Source: Octopus sinensis
Lineage: Eukaryota
Assembly (NCBI RefSeq): GCF_006345805.1
Contig: NC_043000.1
Span: 161,634,001-161,698,000 of the forward strand
DNA: 64,000 bases
Reading direction: 5' to 3'
Positions within the stretch are counted from its first letter, which is position 1. Every line of letters starts with the position of its first letter. The translations under genes were made by a program, and so were the position numbers. A model generated the notes under the pieces. The model was not told where the DNA came from and searched no databases. It worked only from the letters and a program-made list of their open reading frames with translations. Positions 11,640 through 23,668 of this stretch are shown piece by piece.

Positions 11640-12950
11640 TCACCAACCAACCTTGCACGCAGGAGGCGTTTTGATAGGTGTAAAGTTGCTTCCTCGTAAA
11701 ACTCGAGGTAATGGTAGGTTTTGGAATGTCTGTTAGGTATCTGAGCAGCCCTTTTTAGGGACAGTACTCCTCACCGATGTATTTGGAAGAGTTTAGAAAA
11801 GTTAGTCCAAAATATGCTCACCTCATAAAATCTGGTCAGTTTTTAGTGGTTGGCCGATATCCATACAACGCTGGAAACAATAGAATTAATAATGCTAGTG
11901 CTAGCCACCAACACAAGTTAAGATTTCTTGTTCAAATATTCGAAAGTTTGCTGATAACGCTGGAGCTCATCCTGAGCTTAAAACTGCCGTTCTTGCTAAA
12001 TAACTTCATACAAATTCTGCAGATATTGCAGCATTCTCAGAGATCCGCTTATTGGGTGATGGTTAGAGTACATAACTAGATGTAGAGTGTACAATACTCT
12101 GGAAGGGGTGGGGATGACAACGTATTGAAGTGGGTGTAGGAATTGTCATCAAAGATAAGCTACTTACCAAATGGTATTAATGAGAGAACGCGTCTCTGCG
12201 CATGAAATTTAATGCACGTGCTATCTATACATAGCAGTAAAGAAGCAAAAGTTAAATTCTATGAAGCTTTAAAAGATTTTTTGCATAGTATAGCTGATTC
12301 AGATAAAATTATTTCACCGGGTGGCTTTAATGCTAATGTTGGCATAGAGTGCAACACACGAAGATGCCTTGCCTTGGAAGGTATGGGTTGGGAAAATGAT
12401 GAATAATGGTTCTTTCTTTTACAAATTTGCATGATGTACTTTTTATATCAAGTACCAAGTTTAAACGTAAAGAATGCACCCTTGATCCAAACGTTGGCAT
12501 CTAATATAACTTGTAATTGCAAGTAAAGAGACAAAGTGTGCGAATGTGTGTTCTTTAACAGGAGAGTACAGATGACGTACTTGTTAGAGCAAAAATCCAA
12601 AATGACACTACATCGTAGGCAGAGACGATCTTACAATAAAATCATACCAAAACATATCAATGTAGGGAAACTTACAGACCCTGATGCGCAGGTTGTTATC
12701 CTGGGAGATCTTTCATAAATTCAGGATTCGGCTTCATGGAGTTAAGTACAAAATAAGTCATATGCTATCTCTCCTGAATTGTGTGATTTTCAGAAAGCTG
12801 ATATTCGTGATTGGTCTTGCGAAAGTAATACTAAGAATTTTTTTTAAGTAAGAGGCATAAAAGTAAGAGGAAAATAAAACATACCGAATTCCTGAAAATA
12901 GACGCCAAGTGCAAAAAATATTAAATTGTACGAAAAAACTCAGAGGAGGT
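11640..12950 (+). mobile_element. RTE-clade LINE 5' region (UTR + AP endonuclease), highly decayed
   Basis: ADIAAFSEIR, GVGIVIKDK, PNGINER, KVKFYEALKDFLHSIADSDKIISPGGFNANVG (GDFNAxVG), HP*SKRWHLI. Confidence 0.75.
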
Positions 12951-13094
12951 GGAGTGAATAAAAACATATTGCTAAATAAGATGACACTTCCCAAGAAAAA
13001 CTTAGAAGGGGAGATGTTGTAGGTAATTAGAAAGAATGGTACACCCCTTCCACGTAATGAATAGAATAACTTAGTCACTATAAGTAAAGAGAAT

Positions 13095-13800
13095 TACGTG
13101 AAATACCAGGCTCTGGCCTGGTTGTATTACCGATCAGCTTTACTTGTTCGAGAAAGGCTATCGAGGTACAGTAGTGCCATCTCACCGACATGCCCGAAGT
13201 GCAAGCGGGACAGTGAAACTGTCCTGCACGCACTCGTGGAGTGCGCGGGGTCAAAGGGACTGATAGCATATGTCGAACAACTGTTGTCAACAAGATGAGT
13301 ACAGCTATCAGCTGAATCAATTATCAAGATTGATCCACCCTCTTCCCGTAAGAGAGAGAGAGGAGAGAGTTTTTTCTGCATTATAGCTATACTGACAGAA
13401 ACAGTATGGAAGCCACGCGCGAAAGGGATTGCGACAGGTACTTTTATTTCCAGCCAAGATCTAGTTAGTTACTTAATCACCTTAAAAGTAAGATGAGGCT
13501 GGGAAAGAGATACCTGACGCATAGCACGTTTCGTAAAAGATGGCAGACTGTGGAGAGAAAGTCGAGGATGAATGCCATCGAACCGGAATAAAAGGAAACG
13601 TCAGTCAACGGCGGTAACTTTCACGTGATATGTGTGAATATTTATTTATAATTTTATTAATTTTAAATCGAAATTTTTAAAATCGAAATTAAATTTTTAA
13701 TCGGAATTTTTAAAAAATGAAAAACGCGAACTCTCTCTGTTTTGTCTGTCCTTGTACTGTTCCCTCTTCGTTATGCCCTGTGTGGCAAATAAAGAAAAAG
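13095..13800 (+). mobile_element. Tx1/L1-clade LINE ORF2 3' end (zf-RVT) plus 3' UTR
   Basis: LAWLYYRSALLVRERLSRY...CPKCKRDSETVLHALVEC; tail ctgtccttgtac...gccctgtgtggcaaataaagaaa. Confidence 0.8.
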
Positions 13801-13810
13801 TACGTAGTAG

Positions 13811-15465
13811 TCGGGCGTCGTCTTGTTGATAGCTGTTAAACTGCTTTGTGTTGAACGTGAGTTTTGCCGTCTTACGGAGGTATTGTTCGACGTCTTCCTT
13901 CTTGTTTGATGGAGGAACGTCGTAGGTTCGTGCCTTCGTAATGGAATGCGAATGTTTGAGATCTTCTTTACGTCGTCTGAAGAAGAACTGGTCAAAAGTC
14001 TGAAGAGAATAGACGAAGCAATGGAGGTGAAGAATTATGCACAGGCAATGAAAGAGAAAAGTGAAGACGTGTGTCTGGAGGAGTTGAGTAGATTCAAAGA
14101 AATGCTTAAACAGAAGGCGAACGACGTAAAAGTGCATCCCCCACAAAGAATTTTTAAAAGAAAAAAATTATTTACAGGATGTACTCAGCAACAAAAAGGA
14201 AAATTGAAATCATGTCGGCCTCTCAATTCGAAACGGCATTAAAACCAATCAGGCAAGGAATTTCTTGCCTTGCTAAAGGATGAAAATTTGGAATGGTGGC
14301 GGTACAATTCCGAGAGGTAGCTAGCGCTAGGCTGCGCTCGGCAACACCCTTAAAAACTGATGAAGTAGTGCGTCTATACATTAAGAGGCGTGCTTCCAGG
14401 ATAGAGTAGAAGGTATACCCTCAGAAATTGATGTAGACTGGCTAGCAGCTGCCATACCGCTGGGCACGGAAGAGAAAGTAGTAGTCCTCCACGCCACCAG
14501 AACTCCCTGTAAGAACTGGCAAGGGCAGATCTCAGATATCATAATCCAGGCGGCCCCGTAAGACCATGAAAACATGGTCGAGACCACACGGTCGAAGAGA
14601 TGACACTCAGAGTCAGAGTAGAAGGCAGGATCCCGCAATGCTATAAATGTGGCCTTTCCTCCGCTCCCGTGAAGACTAAAGAGAAACCCGAGAGCAGGAA
14701 GGAAATTGCGATTTCATCGACGACAAAAACCAGTACCAACCAGTATTAACGCCGAGGAAGAGGAGGTGAACGAGGAAAAGAACGGATGGGAAACGGTTGG
14801 AAAAAAAAGAAAGAGAAGGAAAAAAGCACACTTTGTATATGATTACCCCATCCCACACCGACGCGACTCCCACCCACACCCACTCCACCCCAACCTCCCC
14901 CTACAGACACCAACCCTCTCCATGCCCACGCTTGACACAAAGACAAGCACAAACACACAGGAACCCCAAATTTTCCCACCCTTCCCCTGTGAGAAAAAAT
15001 ATGTTATACTGTACAACGGACAAAAGGAAAAGCTTTATAAAGAGATAGAGTCGTGGGACAGAGCGATAAAGGTGAATACAACAGAAGTTAGGGGATTGCC
15101 CGAGTACTTTCATTGTGTGGTGGTGGACCCAGGGTATCTTTCGAGAGTAAAGGATTAGGAGAAGGACTTTGAGCGGTGGTTCAAGAAAACAGACATCAGC
15201 TCAGTACCAGAACAGGTAAGCTATCTTGAACTTTTAAAATAATATAACATTGATATTCTTCAGAAAGATGAAAGTTAACCTTTACAAATAATGTTTTAAA
15301 AAAGACGTTTTAAAAAACAGGTTCAATGAAGTCGCTCGGAGGTGGGGCCAAACGGCTTCATTTCATTTATCATTTTATCCAATTCATCCTTTCCAGCTCT
15401 TTTATTCTGTCCCCACCATGTGCTGCCTCCTCTGTGTAAGGCCCTGTGTGACCAATAAAAGAAAG
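13811..15465 (+). mobile_element. ORF1-only element copy 3, apparently full length with TSD
   Basis: SEEELVKSLKRID, RVEGIPSEIDVDWL, KNWQGQISDIIIQ, LRVRVEGRIPQCYKCG, GWETVGKKRKRR, tail gccctgtgtgaccaataaaagaaag; agtacgtag(t/c)ag at 13799-13810 and 15466-15477. Confidence 0.75.
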
Positions 15466-15569
15466 AGTACGTAGCAGGTGGTCAGAGATAGTCGTATCTT
15501 TATTGGTTTACTAAATATGCTGTATACCGAAGTAAGCGTTATACTAATCCAACATTTTATGGATTATAA

Positions 15570-15700
15570 CATCTACTCATAAGGTTTTTATCGGTCCCAG
15601 GCTATAGTAGAAATTATTTTTCCAACGCAGCGGGATTGAACCCGGAACTATATGTTTGGGAAGCAACTACCTTACAACACAGCCAACGCCTGCGCCTATA
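15570..15700 (-). mobile_element. tRNA-derived CORE-like SINE, 5' part
   Basis: Reverse complement of aggcgcagg..tggctgtgt.gtaag..gcttcccaa.c..atagttccgggttcaatccc; family as 42804-43435. Confidence 0.7.
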
Positions 15701-15742
15701 GCCACGTATTCATACGTGTACATTTACACATAAATTCATATA

Positions 15743-15787
<45 letters not shown>

Positions 15788-15821
15788 TATATAATATATA
15801 TATATAAATGCATATATATGC

Positions 15822-16215
15822 ATACCCTCCATCAGACACCTACCATATTCTGAGCGCCTTGTTTCCCTGGACATGGATTCACTGAAGCTCCGGCGTCTGG
15901 CGACGGACTTGGTAAACACCCACAAAGTTATCAACCATCTCACCAACAACAACACTGAACACCTTTTTGATCTCCATGTGTCTAACACACGTGGACATGC
16001 CTACAAAGTCAGAAAACAACACAGCTCCCATGATTTTCGGAAACATTTCTTCACGCTCAGAGTTGCTGAAGCATGGAATAAACTGCCTGCGTCAGTTGTT
16101 GACTGCCATGACACTGCATCCTTTAAGGCCCTCGTGCTTTCCGAAATCCGCCGAAACTACACCTGATTATATATACACTTTAGATGAGTTGTAGTGCACC
16201 TGAGCACTGTACACA
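15822..16215 (+). mobile_element. CR1-group LINE 3' end
   Basis: YSERL..LDMDSLKLRRLATDL...TRGHAYKVRKQ...RKHFFTLRVAEAWNKLPASVV...FK. Confidence 0.9.
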
Positions 16216-16231
16216 ATTATTATTATATATA

Positions 16232-16320
<89 letters not shown>

Positions 16321-16606
16321 AGACAGACAGATAGATAGATAGACAGATAGATAGATTACATATATGAGGGGCCCTACTTTCAATTCTACTTCTTTCTTCT
16401 GTTGTTGTGGAGAAAATATTTGAGATATAAAATATATATATATTATATATTTTATATCTCAAATATTTATAAAATTTATCAAGAAGGTGAGTTACGAAAA
16501 ATGCTCTGAGATGTTTTTTTCTGACACGTTACGTCCCAAGTTCAAATCCAGGTGAGGTAAACTTAGTTTTTCATCCCTCTAAGGTCAATAAAATAACGTA
16601 CCAATA

Positions 16607-16800
16607 CAATGGTAAGGATCGATGCGATGTAGATGCGGAACTTCGTCTTCCAGGAGATAGAGTAGTGGCGCCAGAAGGAATTCCAGAATTCCTTAAGGTG
16701 TACATGACCCCAGCGGCCAGACTACACCTGCACTTGATCGCCGGGATCAGGTCTCCATTGTTGGTGACTGTAGAACTCAGGTAGATGAAGGAGTTGAGTA
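16607..16800 (-). mobile_element. Internal RTE ORF2 fragment interrupting a SINE (16485-16880)
   Basis: SFIYLSSTVTNNGDL...FWRHYSISWKTKFRIY on minus strand; SINE sequence resumes at ~16810. Confidence 0.65.
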
Positions 16801-18133
16801 ACTAAGCCAAAATAATACTGGAGTCGATATAATCGATTAGTGCCCTCTTTTCGTTGGGCTTGCGCCTAAGTCAGAAATTATTTATAAAAATAACATTCCC
16901 AAGCGATACTTAAACAACATTCCTATATAAATAATCTCAATAAACAATATTAGAGTAGAGCCCTTCTCTTACTGACACTCTATAAACGCTTTAACTTTTT
17001 TTCTTAGGAAGAGGGTGAAAGTAAAATACAGAACCAAAGGTGTGTGACTTCTATACATCCATACCACTTATATGCATCTGATCATCTCTATCCCATATTC
17101 ATATCAATGTTTTACTCTTCCCTAACACTCTTGCAACATTGCCTACCTCTGCCGATTCGCCTGTTTTTAAGCTCTCCTCTACTAATTGGGCATATTAACT
17201 TGGAGGTATTTTCTACTGGGCATATTAACTTAGAGGTATTTTCTCACACCTCATCATCGCCATATTTACCTGTCTTCGTGGTATAACACTAGCTCACCCA
17301 CCCATGTAAATTTAAAATATTCAGTAATCTCCCCCACGGCACACCTATCCATATTCTTCCCATCATACATTAACTTCTCAACACCTTGCGTAAAGCGGCC
17401 GCTCTGTCTCCAATTTTCCTTCCCAGGTGAGAGAGCTCTTTAGTTTTGCGAGTTATAGTTTTGCAATCTCACTAGTGCAAAGGTCCCGAAAATGTTCCAA
17501 GTGCTTTCTATAAAATTACTGACGTTATGGATGGCATCCAGACGTAGAACTAAGGCCATAACTAAGATATTGAATCAAGACGTGGTCCTCCACGTGTTGC
17601 ATTCTGCCTTACCGTCCAACCCATACCATTATGGGAAGCGGACGTGAAAATAAGATACACTAGACTACCCAAGCTGTCAATAATAATAGCGGGTGTTTTT
17701 ACTAAATTTTGTGATAATTACAATATTTTGATTTGCATGCATGAATATTCGAGTATTCCATTTGGAGATTTTGTATTAAAAAAATGTACATGACAAATTT
17801 TGTTAATGGGAGTATGAGGACACAAATGAAAATGCCAAAATTCACAAAAATAAGAAAATTATATTTATCATTCTCCAATATAATACAGGTTTTATTAGCT
17901 TTAATAAATGCAATATGTTGTAGGCAATGATTCACTCGTTATTCTACATTGTATCATTTCTACAATAAACTCTCTACCTAATTTACACTTAGGTATATGA
18001 TCTTAGAAACAGGTTGTATACGCTTTCTAAAGGTTTTCAAAGAACAGCAGGTTTAGATTATGCAAAATCTCAGCATTTACAATATGTTTGACTCATTTCG
18101 GACAAAAGCATTTATGTGCACTTGTAAAGCGTG

Positions 18134-20405
18134 TGTAATATGTATTATTATTCGCGTTAATCGCAAACATTCCTGCAGAAAAAGTATTTCCTGTATAGAT
18201 GTTGTGATAGAGTTACGACGCCCCCTTGCGAGAGATAGACTGGTCTGAGTAAAGTATAAACAGTTACGATCCGAGTGAGCTCAAGATTCGGAGTTCGTGT
18301 TAGATCGATGTTTATTTTGAACCAGTCTTTCAGTGTTGGCATCGTTTGTTTTGTGCTGGTGTTTTTAAGAGATACTTTGTTAATTGTTTTGTGCCGCTTT
18401 GCAGCAATTTGTTTGTGCTTTCTCTCATCGTTTGAGGAGAGGTAGCTATGGATGGAAGGAAGAATTCGTTTTACTCAGACCTTAGTCGGTCTGAATTGTG
18501 TTCTCAGAAGAGGAACTCGTGCGAGCGATGAAAAGGGCGGATGATCAATTAAAGAAGAAAAGTTTTGCAGAAGTGGAGGAAGTGGCGGACGTTGCGAACA
18601 AGGAGGTGGATCTGTCAATGTTGAAAAGTTATGAGAAGATGGTATACATGGTGGTGCCGACGTAAAGTTGTCTGCACCCCAGGAAGTATTAAAAGATATG
18701 CAGGAAAGGACCATTGTGTACATAGCATATTCTGTAGAAGATAAGAGAACTGAAAATGTATCAGCGAAGAAAACTGAAAGAGCCTTGAAGTTTTAGTCTG
18801 GCAAGATTTAGCATACCTTGCCAGAGGAAGCCGATACGGAACAGCAAAATTTCACTTTAAAAAATCAGCAAAGGCAAAGCAACATTCGGTAACCCCGTTA
18901 AGGACGGTAAGTGTGCTCCGCCTACCCATATACATTGAAAGAAGAATTTCCAGGGTTAGGGTAGAGGGGATCCCACCCGAAATAGATGTGACTTGGCAGC
19001 GGTGACTATACTTCTAGGAAACGAAGATGAAATAGCCGTTCCCCAAGTCATGAAAAGAGAAACAACCAATTGGAAAGGACAAACATTGGATATAATTATA
19101 CAAAGTTCAATGGAAAACCTTGAAAAAATGGCGGAAACAGTAACAATTGGAGATGTGGTTTTAAGAGTCAGGGTGGAGGGCAGAATACCTCGATGTTTCA
19201 AATGTGGCCAAAAGGGCCACATTAGAGTGGACTGCCCTTCACAGACTGAGAAAAATCAGGAGGAAGTCAAGAAGGTATCAGAGAAAGTGCAGGAGGAAAT
19301 AGAAATAAACGACGACGAACCGTGGAAAGTGGCAGAATAGAAAAACCAGAGGAAGAGAAAGAAAGCAAGTCAGACTGAATGGGAACCCCAACCCACCGCA
19401 TCCCCACCCATACCTTCTCAACCCCACTCTCACCCCGCAGACAACAAACCCACCCATTTCCCTCCGACACAAAACAACAAAAGGCACTGACACACTGGGA
19501 CATAAAACTTGTTTTGCATGGAAGCCACAAAGTTGTTTTGCATGTATGATGTTTGAAGGTGTAGATATGGAACTGATAACCAAAACAACGAGATGGAAAA
19601 ACACAAGGTTTATTATGGTGGAAAGAAAGACAAATATTAAGGGGTGGCATACATGTGTTTTAGTATCAGAAAAACTGAAGAATGAAATAGAAATGTATAA
19701 AGGTGGGTACAAATGTTGCGAAGTGAACTATGACATGAAAGGGTTGTCGAATAATATAGAGTATGAAGAACTTATAAAAAAATATGGACTGGATATTTTG
19801 GAAGGTACGGAATTTAAAGCATAAAGGAAGTGATACTACTGGGAGGTGGGGTAAGTAGCTTCATTTTCATTTTTTCATTTTCATTTATCATTCATCTTGT
19901 ATCATACGTTTTATATTTGTTTCGTTTGTTCGATGTCCCCACATATCTTTGTATCTTCCCCTCTTCGTTGACCCCTTGTGGGCTATAAAGGAACATATTC
20001 GGAGTTCGTATTAGTTCGCAGTGAAGTCGTAAGAGTCGTTGTGTTAGTTTGCATTGAACTCGCGCCGAACACGGTGTGTTAGTGCGAACTGAACTCGTAT
20101 CGAACCCGTAAGTTGCTGCAATGGTAGTTGTTCAAATTACTGTGCGTTGGTCCCGTTGCTAGAATGTGGTAGGCGTTCGATTCCCCTACTCACAATATAT
20201 TGGATGCAGCTGTGAGTGTTAACTAGCTAGAGGAGATGTCTTCTTGGAGTTAAAAAATTGCAGTAAAGTCCGTTCGAACGAAAAACAAGCGTGCTTAGTA
20301 AAACGGAAAACAAGAATGCTAACAAGAGTGCTTAGTACACGGAAAATTAAGAGTGCTGTGTGCAACGAACAATACTAAGAGTCGGTAACAAATTACGTAA
20401 CAACA
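18134..20405 (+). mobile_element. Gypsy-type 5' LTR, split by the insertion at 18304-19996
   Basis: TG start (approximate) and ...aaca end immediately before the PBS-like tggcgacgagg and a gag ORF. Confidence 0.6.
18304..19996 (+). mobile_element. ORF1-only element copy 4, full length (~1.69 kb) with 18-bp TSD
   Basis: Intact knuckle RCFKCGQKGHIRVDCP, YLARGSRYGT, VRVEGIPPEIDV; tail accccttgtgggctataaagg; attcggagttcgt(g/a)ttag at 18286-18303 and 19997-20014. Confidence 0.8.
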
Positions 20406-20407
20406 TC

Positions 20408-20418
20408 TGGCGACGAGG
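20408..20418 (+). promoter_or_regulatory. Primer-binding site of a Gypsy-like LTR element
   Basis: TGGCGACGAGG two bases after the LTR-terminal CA. Confidence 0.7.
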
Positions 20419-20475
20419 GTTTCGAAGCACAAGTAGGTTATTTAACAATTTGTTAGTGATACAACTTGTTAAATA

Positions 20476-20700
20476 ATGGAAGAGCCATTAGCTTCCATAG
20501 TACAGTTGCAAAAGCAACAACAAGAGCAGCAACAGGAGTTGCAGAAGCAACTATTACAGCAACAACTACAACAACAACAATTATTGGAGCTGTATTCAAA
20601 GAACCCAAAAAATGAGGTGAGTTCATTTTCGCCAGACGGCGTTTCGAACTCGATTAATGATTTCAGTTATAACCCAATGGAGGCTATAACTTTTGCATCG
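20476..20700 (+). pseudogene. Gypsy (Mag-like) gag N-terminus, truncated
   Basis: Q-rich N-terminus then SNSINDFSYNPMEAITF; breaks at the pogo-like end at ~20703. Confidence 0.65.
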
Positions 20701-20702
20701 CA

Positions 20703-21355
20703 GAGGAGACCGGGTCTACTTGTTACACGGGTAAGTTGTTACATGCCCTTTGTTTCCAACTTCAAGTAATAGGTGGCATTCGGGTCTCCACCTTGTGAAG
20801 AACAACACCAGGAAAGGTATGTCTCAAAAAACAATTTTTTACTCCAAAAGTGAAATTTTGCCACAAAATTATTTCCTTAACTATTAAAGTACAAGTGGTG
20901 TTACTGAAGTAGTTTGTAGTTCATTAGGAGGTGTTGGAAGTTGCCTTCGATACATGAAGGTGTATCCTGAATGTCATGCATTGCTAGTTGTGTACGAGGT
21001 AATCCTCAGAAATCCATGGTCGGGGCTAATTGTTACAGTGCGTCAACTTACCCAAAGCATGTAACAACTTATCCCTTCTATTTCAGTTTAACACGCCATG
21101 CCTAGAAGATACAAAAGGAAGACTACAAGGGAGAATACCCCCTCCTGATGTCATGGAAAGGGCCGCCAGAAAAGTTGTGAATGAAAAGAAATCATTACGG
21201 GATGTTGCCAAAGATTTCGAGGTTGGTTTCAGGCTCATTAGAGGTGAAGTTACCGGTATCCCTTACACTAACCTTTTAAGATGTTAACAGAACCTCAGCT
21301 GTACCAAAAAAATAAACTTTCAGCTTCTTTATATTTTCAGGTGAATTTCATGACG
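20703..21355 (+). mobile_element. pogo-like DNA transposon left end with psq-type HTH exon(s), truncated
   Basis: End motif gaggagaccggg..ttgttaca repeats; ATG 21098 MPRRYKRKTTR (1-nt shift) PDVMERAARKVVNEKKSLRDVAKDFE; GT-AG 21222-21340 then VNFMT. Confidence 0.65.
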
Positions 21356-22464
21356 TAGCACGTTGACTTTTTGCCCTCTATTTGTATTTTGAGGACAATG
21401 TCCTCGCCCAAGAGCACTTTATCTGAAAGAATTTCAATATCTCCCTGAGACCCCTGAATAATGGCAGAGATGTTCTACCCGAACCAATTTTGTTGGACAG
21501 AGCATGTAATCTGAAGGAAGTTGATTTTATCCGTCCTATTATACAACAGGGTGGCCATCACCTCCGTTGCATCAATTTCAGGTGGTACCTCTGTCGTCCT
21601 TATACGGGCAGTACGTCTCCCCATGTAGGTTGGCAGAAGTACCACCTCCTTCATTTTCAGGGGCTTCACTGAGTACTCTTGGCTCTTTTCTCTGATTCGA
21701 ACCTAGCCTCATTGTGCCATACATCCGGCCTCTTGCTATATATATTTCAAGTCCTTCCATATTGGAGTCAGACATTTCTCGATCGTGTTTTGTTCAAAGT
21801 GCTTGAACTTCGTTTCCGGACAGTACGTTTTAAAAACGACTGTCAGTTTCCTCAACTCTTCGATGTTGGAGGTGGGTGATATACTTACATCACCACCTTC
21901 CTCTTTTATTCTTCCAAAAAGCTCACCGAGCTTTTCTATCGATATGACGGTGTTTTCTGTTGCCACCGCGGCAACGGCAGCAAATTTCTTCAAAGGCTAA
22001 CCCGTGTTCACAACTCTCTTCGAGAGTACATTTTTCTCGAATTATTTCGACCGACATACTCGGCCGAAATTAATTCCACACACAAAAAAAAACAGTAAAA
22101 TATAATTATAATAAGTAATTTTCTTCGAAAAGGGAAACCTATAATCAGTTTTTCCTCTTAAAGAGGACATTTCAAATCCCGCCCCCGCTGGGGGCGGGGC
22201 GCAACAATAAAGCCTACAAAGGCTTTACAAAGTTCAATTTTTTAATAACAAAAATTCAAAAATAAAACTGTCAAGATGACTTCACAAACAAACAATTCCC
22301 ATTTCCCGGCACCGGGAAATAACACAATTCATTAAATGTTCGCAGTTCAGCAACAGTATAACAGTTAACAAATCCAACGGCAATTCAACAATTAAAGGCT
22401 TCAACAAAATATCATTATTCCTCACCAGCAAAGCAAGCAAAAACACGTCCGACGACAAGACGTG
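21355..22464 (-). mobile_element. ORF1-only element copy 5, 5' half
   Basis: YIARGRMYGT, KPLKMKEVVLLPTYMGRRTARIRTTEVPPEID, QNWFG, VLKIQIEGKKSTCY (cut at the start of the knuckle). Confidence 0.7.
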
Positions 22465-22577
22465 TAAGCAAGCTACTTACCACACTGCCACTCTTGCATC
22501 TATAGCCACTCCTGCGCTACAGTTGTGGAATAAATATATATCCAAATGCATATAGCATATTAGATATATACATATTC

Positions 22578-22765
22578 TTTTCTACTCTAGGAACAAGGCC
22601 CGAAATTAGATCGACCCCAGTACGCAACTGATACTTAATTTATCGACCCCGAAAGGATCAAAGGCAAAGTCGACCTCAGCGGAATTTGAAGTTAGAGCGT
22701 AAAGACAGACGAAATACTGCTAAGCATTTCGCCGGACGTGCTAACGTTTCTGCCAGCTCGCCGAA
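22578..22765 (-). mobile_element. tRNA-derived SINE (Nin-like) with 21-bp TSD
   Basis: atattagatatatacatattc at 22557-22577 and 22766-22786. Confidence 0.9.
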
Positions 22766-22960
22766 ATATTAGATATATACATATTCATGATGCATAGCAT
22801 ATTGTATGAATTGATTATATTTACCAATGAGAAAAAAGGAGAGTATTAATTAGCACCTCAGAATTTATGAACATAAAGATATTAGTTGAAACAAGAACAC
22901 GGTAGAATTAACTTTTCGAATACAAAAAATAAGCAAAACAACTCCGGCTCCTGTAGAAAA

Positions 22961-23004
22961 ATTTACTTTCTAAATCATTCTACAGAATGATTTAGAAAGT
23001 AAAT
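22961..23004. repeat. Perfect 21-bp hairpin, 2-nt loop
   Basis: atttactttctaaatcattct ac agaatgatttagaaagtaaat. Confidence 0.95.
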
Positions 23005-23583
23005 CGCATAAAATGGAACAAAATACAACACCTTCTAATCGTTGAATGTTACAAAACTGTGTGTGTGTGTGTCTGTGTGTACGTGCATACAAAATGCACA
23101 CACGTCCACGCACACAAGAATGAAAGAATGGGACTTACAAGGGTGAGATACTATAGATGAATCAATAAATTAATTATATCAACCATGATAATAATAAAAA
23201 AAGCTAAAGGTCGTTGTTTTTAAAAATTAAAATAAACTTCGTAAAGAACTTTCTTTTAAACACTCCACTTTAGATCCCAAACTAGCACAATTGAAAATTA
23301 CTTAACAGCTCGCTCCTTAAAATAGTCCATAATTTTCTATGCTTGTTCACTGTTTGCGTATCTGAGCGTATAATAGTTTGTGTTCGGTTATGATTGATTG
23401 ATTGATTGATTCTAGTTTCAGCTTATGAGCGGTGGCCATGCTGGGGCACCGTATCTGTTTATGCGATATTTTTAGTATAATAGGTGCATGAGTGTGAGGT
23501 TTAATGCTTACAAAATGAGTGCCTATTCGTTATTTGTACGTGTTTTTCTATTTCCCGTATGTATATAACTTCACATCTGAGGT

Positions 23584-23636
23584 GCTTTTGAAACATTTGT
23601 AGTACTCGACTACGTCTTCCATCCCTTCGTTCAGTG

Positions 23637-23668
<32 letters not shown>

